A stretch of DNA of 64,000 bases from Psilocybe cubensis (taxonomy: Eukaryota). The DNA is taken from the NCBI GenBank assembly GCA_017499595.2, contig CM039000.1, forward strand, positions 868,001 to 932,000. Direction: 5' to 3'. Positions 37,564 through 50,374 of this stretch are shown here, one piece after another. The notes beneath the pieces are model-generated. The model ran no database searches. It was not told the DNA's origin and was given only the letters and a program-made list of their open reading frames with translations. Each line of letters starts with the position of its first letter. The first letter of the stretch is position 1. The position numbers were made by a program, and so were the translations under genes.

Positions 37564-38564
37564 TCATGCGACCTTGGTCTTCTTCGCCTTCTTTGCGGAA
37601 ATTTCAGCGGCATCTCCAGATTCACCTTTACGTTTCTTGGTTTTGCTTTTCTTGCTCTCAGTCTCAGGTTCTACGGCAGGTGTATCCTCGTTGGTAGCAG
37701 ATACATCAGTCGTCTTGGCCCGTTTCTTTTTGGGTGATGCTGGTGGTTCTGGCGCGTCGACCTCCATCTTTGCTGCATCACTTTCGGTGTTGATGACAGA
37801 GTTAAATGGCGTGAAGCGATGTTTCAGAATTTCCTTTGGATAGGAATGACGGGGTGGGTTTTGGTATTGTAGTGCGGGTTCGCCATTGGAAGGTAGGGTT
37901 GGAACGACTGGTTGAGCAGCAATCACGACATGCTGGGCAATAGGTTTAGGAACTGAGCAGAAGACAACGATAGTAAGAGACTGAATTTTTGTAATGTAAC
38001 TTTGACATACCCGGATATAGTTTGCCTTTTTTACTGCTCCGAGGTAAGAGACATGATATACTTTTAATTTCCTCTCCGCCTATTGGAATATTGTCGCCGT
38101 TATCGCCAACGGACCAGATGTCGAACGCGGTATGTTTGCGTTTCAAAGTGCCAATACAAGTGCTCGTTGAAGACGATGGCACATCTACTGTTAAATTCTC
38201 CAGGTGCTTGGGCTTTACCTAGAAATAGATACCCAAAAACTTGTTATAAGTTTCAAAAGACCAATAATTTGAGTGTAAAAAGGAGGGTGCTCACACTATC
38301 AGGAACGCGTATAAGCCATAGTTCTAGGTCCTCGTCATTGTTGATTTTATCCCAATCAAACTCTCCTCCGTTCACGTCGTCTGCTTTCACGAGTGCAGCT
38401 CCTGGAGGAGGCTTGTACGCCCAATTGGGATCGACGCCTTCGTTTTTGCCATGGTCTGTCTTCTTCGATTTTGAGCTGGTCTTTTTCTTTTTCTCAACAG
38501 TCTGAGGAGGTGGTGTTATCGATGATCTGGAGGAACTGCTTGGAGAAGGAGATGATCGAGACAT
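37564..38564 (-). CDS. RPA34: RNA polymerase I subunit RPA34-like protein
   Basis: WAYKPP, FDWDKINNDEDLELWLIRVPDS, LLP..KKGKLY, LKHRFTPF and a lysine-rich tail; 3 exons. Confidence 0.7.
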
Positions 38565-38758
38565 CGCTATATTGTAGTGGAAAGCAGAGGAGCACAACTT
38601 TTTCTTGATTCTTTATTAATCACGTGGTGGTCTTTGCGTCCGTAACGCCAGTATTGAAGAACCGTGTTTACAGCTTCGACTACTACACTTTGCGTCCTTG
38701 AGCCAACCTTTCAATCACTTCAGGCGTGGCTTAGAGGATAATAGCTGATGTGGCTTTA

Positions 38759-40037
38759 ATGCCCATATCTTCTACCCATATCCGATATGCCTTTTCATTG
38801 GCTTCTGGTCGTGTTTCCCGACAGGCACCGCGACCTACTGGAAATTGGAATCGATTATGTTTGAATGCATCATCAAGGCTTCTTACAGTTCGTAAATGAG
38901 AACTTCTATGATGCTTATATGTTCAAATTCTGGTTTTAGGCAGCTACTATGCACTCAACTCTGACCAGGGAAGGCATCACCTTTATGTCCTCATCGCGTT
39001 TTGTGCATTCTAGGCAAATCAAGCAGAGCAACGACATTCTGTACAATGATGTATGTGGTATACCTTCTGGCCCGCTGAATACATATTCTCATCCTGCTTG
39101 CTTTATCTTCAGGAAAAGGAACATGCACATCGCATTTTAACTTTCAACCCGCAACTATTGTCTGTCGTTGACCAAGGGATGGTCAACTTTTCGGTTAACC
39201 GATGGGTGTATGCTGGCAGAAATCCTACATGGGTAGTTTTCTCTTACCCTGCGGACCCTCCAGCAAAAAAGGATAATTTCCCTCCGAGTACTCGAGGATA
39301 CCTGTACTACCAAAAATCACTGCCGGGCGAACATGGAATGTCAGGAGGTTTGCAGTTTCGCTGTATGACGCCGGGCGCTGTTTCCTTCGATGACGGGAAA
39401 GACCTATTGCATAAAGATGGTTTACCTTGGAAAATTCCGTTGTATAATATTGTTCATTTCAAAGCTTATGCGCCTGTGTTGGAGACGTTGCTTCTGGAAG
39501 GAAGCGTCAGCCAAGACTTGGTGGCATATGTAAAGCGAATACCCGTACGTCGCTTATCTCGGCGCTCTGCTATCTTGCACAGAGGATTGGACACCTTCAT
39601 CGCAGACTTGAGCCGTTCGCCCAGATTTGTTCATTTGCTTATGCCAGGAAGTGTCATCACTATCGACAGCTTCATCTCGAGGGTCTTTTATTGCAAATCA
39701 AGCGGTACCACTCCCTTTCTAGGTAAGCTCTTGTGTTAAATTGGTGTGCATCACAGCACCATTAAACAATAATTCATTAGGTCGCCTTCGGCTGCGCCTG
39801 GAGAGGTCAACCTTGCCTCAGCATGCTGATTCATGTCATGCAACTGTCCGTGTCCTTGAAATTATTGAACCCATCCAACGTGTGGTTCCAGGCGACAATT
39901 TTGAGATCGCCGAGCCAGTTGAAGGAGAACTGATTCGTCGAAGAAGTTCTCTTGGTACGGAATATAAAACATATACGTGCAAATTATCTGGTTTTACCAA
40001 CGATGTCCTTAGTACATTCTTTACTGGGGAGGTTTAG
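38759..40037 (+). CDS. Hypothetical protein (family not recognised; 5' exons uncertain)
   Basis: Long open exons (FPPSTRGYLYY..GGLQFR..GKDLLHKDGLPWKIPL and GRLRLRLERSTLPQH..VRVLEIIEPI) joined by a GT-AG intron at ~39723-39780. Confidence 0.7.
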
Positions 40038-41051
40038 GTGCGTCATATATCCTTACTTGCAGTGCGAGGAGGTTCAATTAACCAATTTTCTACTGTTTCC
40101 CCTACAGCAACTCAAGATTATAGTGTATTAATCTAAATGGGCTCTCTTCCATCTACAATTCTGAAATCAAATTTGAAATGGGGTTTTACCTGGAAAAATA
40201 TTTTATCAATACGGTGGTGTAGTACAGAACGATCATGAACACATTTACACGACAAATAACCTTGGGAATGTAGCTTTCGCCCCTGTTCCCGATCGTTTTC
40301 ACCGAGCACCATCATCTCACCAACGTATATGCATCATTGCACCCAATTTCACTGCATTGAAGGTTTTTCTCTACAATAGAAGCACATTGGCGGACCGTCT
40401 TTTTAGGCTTGGCTTTTGACTTCGCCTTCTCGGTGCAACGTCTTCGGTGTATTTTACACAATTGCCAAGACCTTCTGTGCCACGGGTGCTACTGTTTGTA
40501 GGCTAAAAATAGCACAACGACTCGACCGGCCCTGCTTTTTGGAATTTGACGTTTCTTCGGAAACATGGAGCTTGTAGGGCCAGTTTCTTCATTTTTCTTA
40601 GCCATCTCTGAGACCATTGACAAGCCCTTGGCTTGCTGAAAACCAAGCCTTTCGCCTATCTTAGCAAAACCTTGGGGACAAACTAGGACCTACACCTCTT
40701 GTGGGGTCTGACGAATCATGCTCAGAACTTTGACACACTTGAACGGTTTGGAGCCGTTAACTCTCCCGCGCCAGACTTTACGGATATACAGGACTTTGAC
40801 GTTTTAAACGATCAGCGAGATTCACCCGCCAACATAATCCGTTTGCACCCTTGTTGCACCTTCAAGTTCGCAAGGCGTGTGCTCGTAGTGTTCTGTTGAG
40901 TTTTCGTTGGCGATTTCGTTCCCTCATGACCACGTTCACCTTGAAAATATCCGAGAATGTATCCGTAGGCTTTCTGTCGTCTGATAAAAGGCGGTCAGGG
41001 TGGGGGTTTGACCACTCAACAGTCTTCAGTTCACACTCTTCGTGCTTAAAC

Positions 41052-43179
41052 ATGTCTAAACTACTCGCTTTTGTTACTATTGCAGTTATTGCGCAACAAG
41101 TTACAGCTGTTGCTGTTTGGGGTCAATGTATGCGCGATTAAGCTCTCTGTCCTCGAGGCCTTGAGATTTTCTAACGTGTTGTCTCAGGTGGTGGCCAAGG
41201 ATATTCTGGCAGTGCAAGTTTTTTTCTTCAACCTGGGTTGTGACCGCATTCAATTGCTAAACTATCGTCTCTATATATCCAGACCGTCTGTTAGTATTGC
41301 TCTCAATGCGTTATGTGGGTTCGTTTTGACATTGATACATCGTTCAGGTGATTCCGGAAGCGTTTGTACCTACTCCAATCCATACTATTCTCAGTCAGTG
41401 GACCCCAGTTATTGACCATTGATATGGAAACTCTTCTGATGACCTTGCCCAGATGCTTGCCCGGAAGTGCCACAACTCCTCCGACATCAACTCCCGCCAC
41501 TACAAGCTCCCCAGCAACAAGCACAACTCCTTCGGGTGGAGGAAGCTCTGGAAGTGGGCTTAACGGAAAGTTTGTCAGCCACGGCAAAGTCTTCTGGGTA
41601 ATGCATACATACATATTTTGCGGCGATTATGTGTTGACTGGCGTGTCTGCAGGGCTCGTGTGCCGATTCTAACACATTAAACATCGCTGGTAAGTGGAAT
41701 TTGGGTTGAACATCATTGTCATGATATTCACTTACCTTTTTTGTTAGCTAACGCTGCAATTCTTAAATCCGACTTCGGTGCTGTTACACCTGTGAGTTTA
41801 ACTCTCTGGTAGTAGCCCATCTTTCACTACTCACACATCATGATGTACTAGGAAAATTCTATGAAGGTAACTTGACGAAAGAGTCATTACTGTATATGAT
41901 TTCTAATGCCCTATGATGAAAATAGTGGGATGCCACCGAAAGTAAGCACTTTTTATTTTCCACTTTTTCTGAGATTTTTGACGAACAATCTACCAGGCCA
42001 ACAGGGACAGTTTAACTTTGGTGGTTCTGACGCGCTCGTCAACTGGGCCGTCTCCAACGGAAAGATGATTCGTGGTCACAATTTCAGTAAGGATCATATT
42101 CAGTGAATTTATCCACAGCTGCTAAGCATAACATAGTCTGGCACGAACAACTTCCTTCCTGGGTCACATCGATCAACAACAAGGCTACCTTGGTTCGCCA
42201 AAACTCCTATTTTCTGCACTGCGCATTGAAATTTATTTCATTCATCAGACTTCCGTCATGCAAAAGCACATTTCCACCCTCGGTGGTCGCTATGCCGGAA
42301 AGATTTACGGTATGTTCCACCAACTCTGAGCTTCCTATTTGCCTAACATCTTGTTTTATTAGCTGTACGAATTTTTACTACTCCTTTTTATGTATAAGTT
42401 TCTGACTATTTGAATGACTACTTCAGTGGGACGTCTGCAAGTGCGTACCAGTCTATTTCATGTATCATCCAGCTCTGACAATGATGCCAGTGAAATTCTC
42501 AACGAGGACGGTTCTCTGCGCTCCAGCGTCTGGTCCAACGTTTTCGGCGAATCCTTTGTCCAATTGGCCTTCCAATACGCTCGCACTGCGGACCCTAAAG
42601 CCAAGTGAGTATTATCGGTGTTTTGATGGGTTGGTGTTCGTATCGTGCCAATGCACCATCTTTGAAAGGTTGTACATCAACGACTACAACCTGGACTCCA
42701 ACAATGCAAAGACTCAAGGTATGGTCGCCCTTGTGAAACGCGTCAACGCCAACGGAAACTTCATCGACGGTATTGGCACCCAAATGCATCTAAGCGTAAG
42801 GAAAATATATAAACAACAAGGCCTTAATATCTCACAATACTATTAATCGTAGGCTGGAGGTGCTGGAGGTGCCCAGGCTGCCCTTACTGCTCTTGCTAGC
42901 ACTGGTCTTGACGTTGCAATCACCGAGCTCGATATTGCCAATGCTTCTTCCAACGACTACACCACTGTCGTCAAGGCTTGCCTCAACACGCCAAAGTGTG
43001 TGACCATCACCTCCTGGGGTGTCAGCGACACCGTACGTCACACCGATACTTAATCAATAAGATTTGGCTAATATTGGTACTTCATTTAGAACTCATGGCG
43101 TGCAAGCACCAACCCTCTCCTCTTCGACGGAAACTACAAGCCAAAGGCTGCTTACAACGCTATTATTTCTCTCCTGTAG
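41052..43179 (+). CDS. Endo-1,4-beta-xylanase GH10 with N-terminal CBM1 and S/T/P linker, about 17 introns
   Basis: Signal peptide, [56 protein letters not shown] (acid/base), [25 protein letters not shown] (nucleophile) and [15 protein letters not shown]. Confidence 0.95.
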
Positions 43180-43289
43180 TGATTCCTTACCAAAATGCAC
43201 TATGCGCTCAAATCTTCTTGAGAATGGAAATGATATCGATTTGTTCCCCACTCGAATTGGCGGATGACGCTCGACTGGCAGCGGCATGC

Positions 43290-45431
43290 TCAAGCCCCGG
43301 AAGATTCGGGTTGCAAAGGGAAATAAAGGGAGTTTTCAGATTTGGTTGAGCGCTTGTGCCATCTGCTATGCAACACCGTAGCTCCATCGACAGCGTTGAC
43401 GAGGTCCTCGTTCTGCATGCATACTGGGGTATACTTCAGGTCGATGATGTTCTTGAACAGGGTCAAGATACCGCTGGCCTGATTATGAAACAAAAATTGT
43501 CAGCTATGGTGTACTTCAGACCTTATTGGCAGAAATTGTCACCTTCACCATGCATCCCGGAAACTCTTGAAAATGGTTTTTGTCAAGCATAGCGTCATCA
43601 AACTGCGTAAAATCTTCAATCGCTGTCCGAAGATCTCGGCATTTTCCCTTGGGTTATGAATTAGGAAAAAACTTTCAACAACGGGGTGTGGGTAACTGGG
43701 AAGCTTACGGGATCCAGAGTGAAGTGGGGTTTGTTCGCAGGACCATTGAAGACGCAAATCGTCTGCAACGCAGACCCGATCTCAATACAATGGCTGATAA
43801 CATCCTGATCTATAACAAGAGAGCAATTTCAGCCTGAGCCAAGGTTGACACCGTTCCTTTCGTAGCGCTGAAGGACTCACAAATATCCACACGGGTGTTC
43901 ATCATGCGTACCCTGTCGAGCATGACTTCTTGGAACACGGGGAACGACTTGAGCTCTTCGACAGTGGCCGTGAGATCATCTTTGGTTATATCCACGTTGG
44001 CCACCAAATTTGAGGCAGTTGGGGTTTTGAGCGCGCGGCAACGGCTGCGCAAGACATAAGAAACACTTGAGAGGGCCAGGTACCCGTAAATAAAGGGGGT
44101 GACGGGTCTTTGGTAAGTGTATTCCATCCCGTATAAGAACGATGGGGTGTGTGCGATGCGGTACTCTCGGCGCAGTTCATGTAAGATGATATTGAGATTC
44201 CTGTTTATACTAGAGATGATGAATAATCAGTCAACGATTTGTGAAAGTTATGAGAGAATCATACTGACGCTGTGTTCGTGGAACCTTTGACATCTAAAGC
44301 TTTTCGAAGTATCGCGATGGTTATCCTGCGAGTCTTGGAATCTTCCAACAATGGCCCAATGATGTCTTCAGGAAGGTCTTCAAGCGCTTCATGGACATCC
44401 CACTGCTCTAGCTGCCGTCGAAATTCCTCCTCCGTATCGAACTCGACTTCCTCGATCTTGATGACATCCTCCTGGTCGTCATGAAGCGTTGACTCGGATC
44501 CAACAAAATCGAGTTCGTAGATGGAACGAGGAGGGGCGTCTTTAGCATGTATAGTTTTCTCATCTGCTTCGTGCTCACTAGCGGTGTCACTGTCACTGCT
44601 GGGCGGTTCCATGATGTCAAGGCTGTTTTCTGCTTCGCTCTTCCTGCGCAGCCTTCTTTCAGCGCCGACGAGTTGACGAAAAACATCTAGAAAGTCTTGC
44701 AGCGACACGTCTTCGAAAACGACGTATTCAAGTGAAAGTTCTTGGTCACCGAAGCTTTCCAGTACGGAAGCTGCAGACTCGTCGTAGGCGCGTAGCAAAA
44801 CCACAATTCGGACTATATTGATAGCCTGATTGCTGTATCTCGCCAACCAGTCTGGCTCCTCGGGCGTAGTGGCATACGCTTGATGAATATCGACTTTACT
44901 GCGAAGCAGCTTGAACTCTTCATAAAATCCATCAGAGAGCTCGTCCTCGCAAGTTTGATTCGGCATGGATTCCAGATATCGAATGATTTCCGAAGTGATG
45001 GAGATTTCAGTTTCTTCGAGTTTTTTAGTGGCCCGCACGAGGCCGCGCAAGATCCCTGCAAAGGTCTCGTATGAGATGTCTTTCAAAGACACAGAGTCCA
45101 CGGCAGGCGCAGGTGGAGGCTGTCCTTCCACTAGAACGAGGTTTATGTCACGGTCCCTAACAGCAAGCACCAGCCGTACTGCGTTTATTTTATGATCGCT
45201 AAAGTAAGATAACCACGAAGGGTCGTCGGGTTTTCTCTTATAAACTGCGTCCAGGTCGATGCCACTGAAATCCTCTTTCCAAAATACCTCGAAAACATGG
45301 GTGAAGTCGCGGACATCGTTGTGGTAAGGCTGGTGCTTTGGCGGAGCGGTAATCGCTGAATCGATATAGAGTGCGATCGTCTTTGAGATTTGTTTCTCGA
45401 GGACACTCTGGGTATGTTTCTTCGAAGGCAT
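43290..45431 (-). CDS. Uncharacterised protein with duplicated N-terminal domain and acidic linker (paralogue 1)
   Basis: Large first exon (390-codon ORF) plus downstream exons collinear with the gene at 47939-50156; ends RWHKRSTKSENSLYFPLQPESSGA*. Confidence 0.85.
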
Positions 45432-46334
45432 GATAGTACGAAGACGAGTGAGGAGGTCAAACTATAGTATGATTTCATTATAAGAAAGGTATATGCCATG
45501 TCTTTGAAAGAAACGGGGATCAGAAATTAGAGTTACGCTGCTGAGCCCTACTCACTGGAACAAAGGGCTTTCATGTCAAAGAGCCTCCCCGATGTGGCGG
45601 AACGAAGTAATCCAAGAGGTTAGTTGAACATTCAAAAGTATCGCCATTGTTTGGTGGTTGCCTCCTGCAGAACGAAACCGTATTCTCGATTCTTGGGCTG
45701 TTTGTCATGAAAACCGAAAAAGCAAAGAGGAGATAAGGCCTGCCATAGTTTCAGAGATTCAGCCCAGACAATACAAAGAAATTGTTGCGCAGCGACTGCT
45801 TTGTAGAGGTGGTTCTGGTGTGAAAGAGTGGTGGCCGTGGCCAAACCCAGGAAACCTGTAAAAAGTAAGAACAAAAGGTTTGCGAATGCCGCGAACCACT
45901 GCGCGAACTGACGGTGAAGTCTGATCTCCTAAGACTAACTCGGCGAGTCCTGCAGGTTGCGGAATTGCTTCCCTGGCCTGACAAGGTCATATTATTCCAA
46001 GTCCAAATCACACCTTACGGAGCGAGGAACTGTGGAAACCAAGTTTTCTGGAGGGACTAGCCTTGAACCAGCGCGCTGATGGCTTTGATCGCTGAAAGGA
46101 GACACTCGCATTCCCGGTTTGCGGCCATTACAACCGTTACGCCAGGCGTCCAATATTAAACTAAGGTGTTCTCAGGCCAAGACACAGTCGTATTGTCGGT
46201 TAATTGTGGCTGTGAGTACTGTGGTCTGGTGGGCGCCCCAAGGTTGGTCTAACGGTGACAAGGCTCTTGAAGTCTCCACCCTCGCTCCGCCAGCACATTC
46301 TGCTGGTTACGAGTCTTCTCCAAACTCTTGTACG

Positions 46335-47374
46335 ATGTCTTTGTTGGCTCCTTTAATAGCTCTGTACAGATACTCTCTGGAACCAGTGGCTCCATTTACA
46401 TGGCTCGGTTGGGGAATAAGTTCCTTGGATGTCGTCGCTGCCTTTAGGCTTTGCGTTCTTTTACGCCAAATCCGTGAAGATGCTCTTAAGAAACACATTT
46501 CAACAAAGGGGTCCCAGGCGCCTGAGGAGGCTTCCTTTGTGAAGAGTGCCTCAACCACCTTATTGGTTGTATATGGAGGTGAAGCTGTGGCAGGCAAGTT
46601 CTAACGCTCTTTGGCCTAGATATGCTGTTTATTCTATTTGCATTAGCACCCTTCCTTGGACAACCTCCTTCTTTCATGATTTCAGGCATTGTTCCTGCTT
46701 TGTACACCGCTATCCAGGCTATCGTCGACAACCTTCCTTATGTTCCAGAGATATCTGCCGAATTAGAAGTTCCATTGTCGCTACTTGACGGCTTCACGCG
46801 TGCCTATCTATTGTGCAATCTAATCCCACCAGCCGTTACGGCCAATGCTTCTCCAGCCATCTCATCGTCTCCCTGGACTTTACTTATCTCGTCTTTGGCA
46901 AGTTTTGCTTTCTTGTATTATTAGCAACGACTAACCCAAATCATAGCTCATCGCTAACGGAGGATTCTTCATGACCAATCTCTTTTCTTTCCTCAGCCCA
47001 GTTTCTCTATCCGTTCAGACTCCCCCTGAGCTCAAGGCATACGGCTGGACTACCGCTGATTTGTGGTGTGCGCCGGTAGTGACTGGCCTATACGCCCTCC
47101 TCACCCATGCCCAACCATACTGGGCCGAATTGCATTCTATCCTTTCCGGTGTCCTGGGCTCCACTTCATTGGGAGAGCCCGTCAAACCTCTTGATCCCGA
47201 AACTGCCAGGGCAGTCTGTGCCCTCCTCCTTTCTGGATTGTTTTTTGGAAGGACTACCAAGAACTTTGGACTCTGGAAGCCTTTCACTAAGAAGATAGGT
47301 AATCCTGGCAACCCGTTTATTCTTGAATTAGTTATTGATATATCTCTTCAGAACCCAAGGTTAAGACACAGTAG
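46335..47374 (+). CDS. Multi-pass membrane protein with C-terminal KxKxx ER-retrieval motif
   Basis: 4 exons; two GC-AG introns (donors 46594, 46898) and one GT-AG; several hydrophobic segments; ends EPKVKTQ*. Confidence 0.8.
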
Positions 47375-47469
47375 ATACGACCATAAGCTTGCGAGCGCTT
47401 TACGACATCTGTACGCACCGTTATCCATATACACGATCTTTCAGCTACAATTTCGTTTGCCTAAGCATC

Positions 47470-47702
47470 TGTCAGTGTCAGCTACATTCAGTTTGCCTAC
47501 ATTTCTTTTGGGTATCGGCTACATTTCTTTTGGATTTTTTTCTGGCTGTCAACTGCATTTCTATTGGCTGTCGGCTACATTTATTTCGGATTTATTTGAG
47601 CTGTCAGCTACATTTTGAAATTCTTTCAGCCCATCAGCCACATTTCTTTTGGCTGTCGGCTACATTTCTTTTGGATTTCTTTTGCCTGTCAGCTACATTT
47701 CG
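47470..47702. repeat. Degenerate tandem repeat of GCTGTC(A/G)GCTACATTT(CTTTTGGATTT)
   Basis: GCTACATT cores at ~47482, 47518, 47574, 47608, 47659, 47692 plus variants. Confidence 0.8.
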
Positions 47703-47938
47703 TTCGTCTGAACATCTGTAAGCCTCAAGGTAGCCAAGTGCTAATCTTTTTAAAGAAACGACAGGCACGTTTCAACTTGGCAACCATAGGTTAGATGATA
47801 TTGGTTTGCACCTCGCTTGTTCCAATTTCAGGTGATCGCCTTTGTCGTGAAATGCGCCAAAAATAACCCCCTTTGGTGAGGGCTGCGATACATAAAGCTG
47901 AAGTCGCTGCGCTAATTGTCCTCATCCAAACTATCGCA

Positions 47939-50156
47939 ATGCCATCCTCAGATCCTTCTACATCTCCTCTGCAGAAAGAAATCACGGAGAAGTTGGTGCA
48001 GTACATCGACAGAGCCATTACCGCTCCTCCAAAGCACCAGCCCTTTGTCTACTTCAACGAATACGATGTCTTCGTCCGAAACATGGAAACTCATACCGCA
48101 GGCATCGACATGAAGCATCCCTATGATGCAAAGCCCACAGACCCTTCCTGGGTCAAAGAACACGACAATTACTCAATCAACCTCGCCCGCCTCTTCCTAG
48201 CCGTTGGTGAAAGGGACACATACCCGACGCTACCCGGGACATCGCCCTCTTTATCTCTCGACTCCGTGGATCTGAAGCTCATCTCGCATGCGCGTTTCCA
48301 GCAGGTCCTATTCCACATCGCCAACGCCACCGAGCGCACCGTGAACTCGCAGCCGCCAAAAGACCCCGCGGGGTGCGACCGCGTGTTCGCCGAGAGCAGA
48401 AAAAAGACGTTCAACATCAACATCGAGCAGCCGTACGCGCGGCGCGCGGACGACCCGCACTGGATGGTGCGCTACAGCAACATGGCGATCAACGTCGTGC
48501 GCCTGTCGCTTGCGGTCCGAGCAAACTTGGCCGCGGCGCCGCAGAGCGCGGCCGCTGCGCACCGGCAGCCGCCCATGCGCATCAAGCTTGACTCTGTTTC
48601 GTTGAAGGATATCACACATCGAGAGTTTTTCGAGCATTTGACTGGGTTTTTTGATGCGCAGAGGCGCGAGAATGAGCGGGTTGCGGCGTTGAACGATACG
48701 GCGAACGCACTTGCCGCAGCGGCTGCTGCGAACGCCACAGGACAGGCAAACCCTTCCGCTACTCAGAACCCAGGTGTCTTCAATCTTGAGGACGCTGGTG
48801 ATGATGGTGAAGACGGGGAAACAGGGTATGAAGACGACGATTATGCTGTGAAAGACACTGACGAGGACAGCGATTTCCTGGAGGCCGTGCTTCCAACGCC
48901 CCTGAATAATGCCAGTGATAGCAACTCTGAGTCGGAAGCTTCTGATGACGACCTGGACGACGACGACGACGATGATGATGATGATGACGATGATGACCTC
49001 TCATACTTTGACAGCGAGGAAGATCGCGACTCCGTCTTCGCTGACTGGTGCAGGAACGAGGAAAACGAGTCTTTTCCAATTGATATCATCGAGCCTTTGC
49101 TTGACGACTCTACCACCCACGACATCACAGTCGACATGCTCGTGGCGCTCTTAGGAGTGGCTAAAGCCCCCAAGGAAAAGTGAGTTCTGTAATAACCGCT
49201 GAAAATTTTCACTATACTCAACGCAATTAACACCTTAATTAATTAGGCTGATGAAAGACGTCTGGAGCGTGCTACACGAGCAGCGCAAAGCGTACCGCAT
49301 CGCGCACACGCGGCCATTTATGCTGCACCAGATCCCCGAATACAAGTGGAAGCTGACACCCTTTCTCGAGGCGTACGAATTTCTCACCAAGGCAGTCTAC
49401 ATGATGCGCAGGATCCCCGCAGGGTTATCAAGCCCTGAGTCAATTGTGCCGACTTTGGAAACTGTGGAGTCGCTGCTCGAGGGGTTGAAGGGTATAGACG
49501 CGGACACTGTCCCGGACTCTCGAGCGGTCCTCGCCGAGAGGATGCGCGTAGCCCGCATTCGCATGAGGATGTGTTTGTATTCTTTTCATATGCCCACTCT
49601 TGCTCGAAGACCGCTGACTGTCTCTCCTTCTTCTTGACCAGGCATGAGCATGTATCACCACATGCACGCGATCCAGGCCGCACATTTCGGATCGTTCACC
49701 CCCACAGGTTCCCCGCGCAACCCCATATTCGTTGTCGATCCCGTGAGTTTCCCTCAAGCCACATCACTCACTGGGTACCTTCATACTCAAACTTGAATTT
49801 GCTTGCTTTTGTTGAAAGGCCAAAGTCCCTGCCCTTTTGGAAGCTATGGAAAACTTCAAGCAGTTTGACGAAAAGTACATTGGAAGAAAGTATTTCAAGG
49901 AGTTCCCTGGTTGTCTCGTCAAAGTATGTTCATTAGCATATCGTGCTGCTTTACTTTTAAACTGACATTACCCCGTTCTCAGCCCTTCGGAGTTGTCAGA
50001 CACCTCAAAGACGTCTACGAAAATAAGACAATTCCAGAGTTCAACATATACCCTGACATTATGAAAGCTGCCGACATTGCTAAAGAGTTGCAGGACAAAT
50101 GGCATGAGCGCTCACTTGATGCTAAGAATTCTCTATTCGCACCTTTGCGATATTGA
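47939..50156 (+). CDS. Uncharacterised protein with duplicated N-terminal domain and poly-Asp linker (paralogue 2)
   Basis: MPSSDPSTSPLQKEITEKLVQYIDRAITAPPKHQPF aligns with MPSKKHTQSVLEKQISKTIALYIDSAITAPPKHQPY of paralogue 1; ends KWHERSLDAKNSLFAPLRY*. Confidence 0.85.
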
Positions 50157-50374
50157 ATTCATTCATAGATACTTTCCAGCAGCACATTTTGTTCGTTGCC
50201 TAGTACATATAATTCACAGGCATATCTTGGGCTAATAGCTTTTGCTGTGCTCCGCCTTTCTAACACTCTCAGATACTTGTACCACCAACTTGTGTTTTTT
50301 TGTGGTTTTGATTCCCGCTCCATTCATTATCGAGATGTACTTGAATTAATAAATAAGTTTTTTAACTATAATGT

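Noticed and set aside
43290-50156. Mating-type HD1/HD2 pair, suggested by the divergent paralogue layout
   Set aside because: No homeodomain WFxNxR motif in either protein, and an unrelated gene lies between them.
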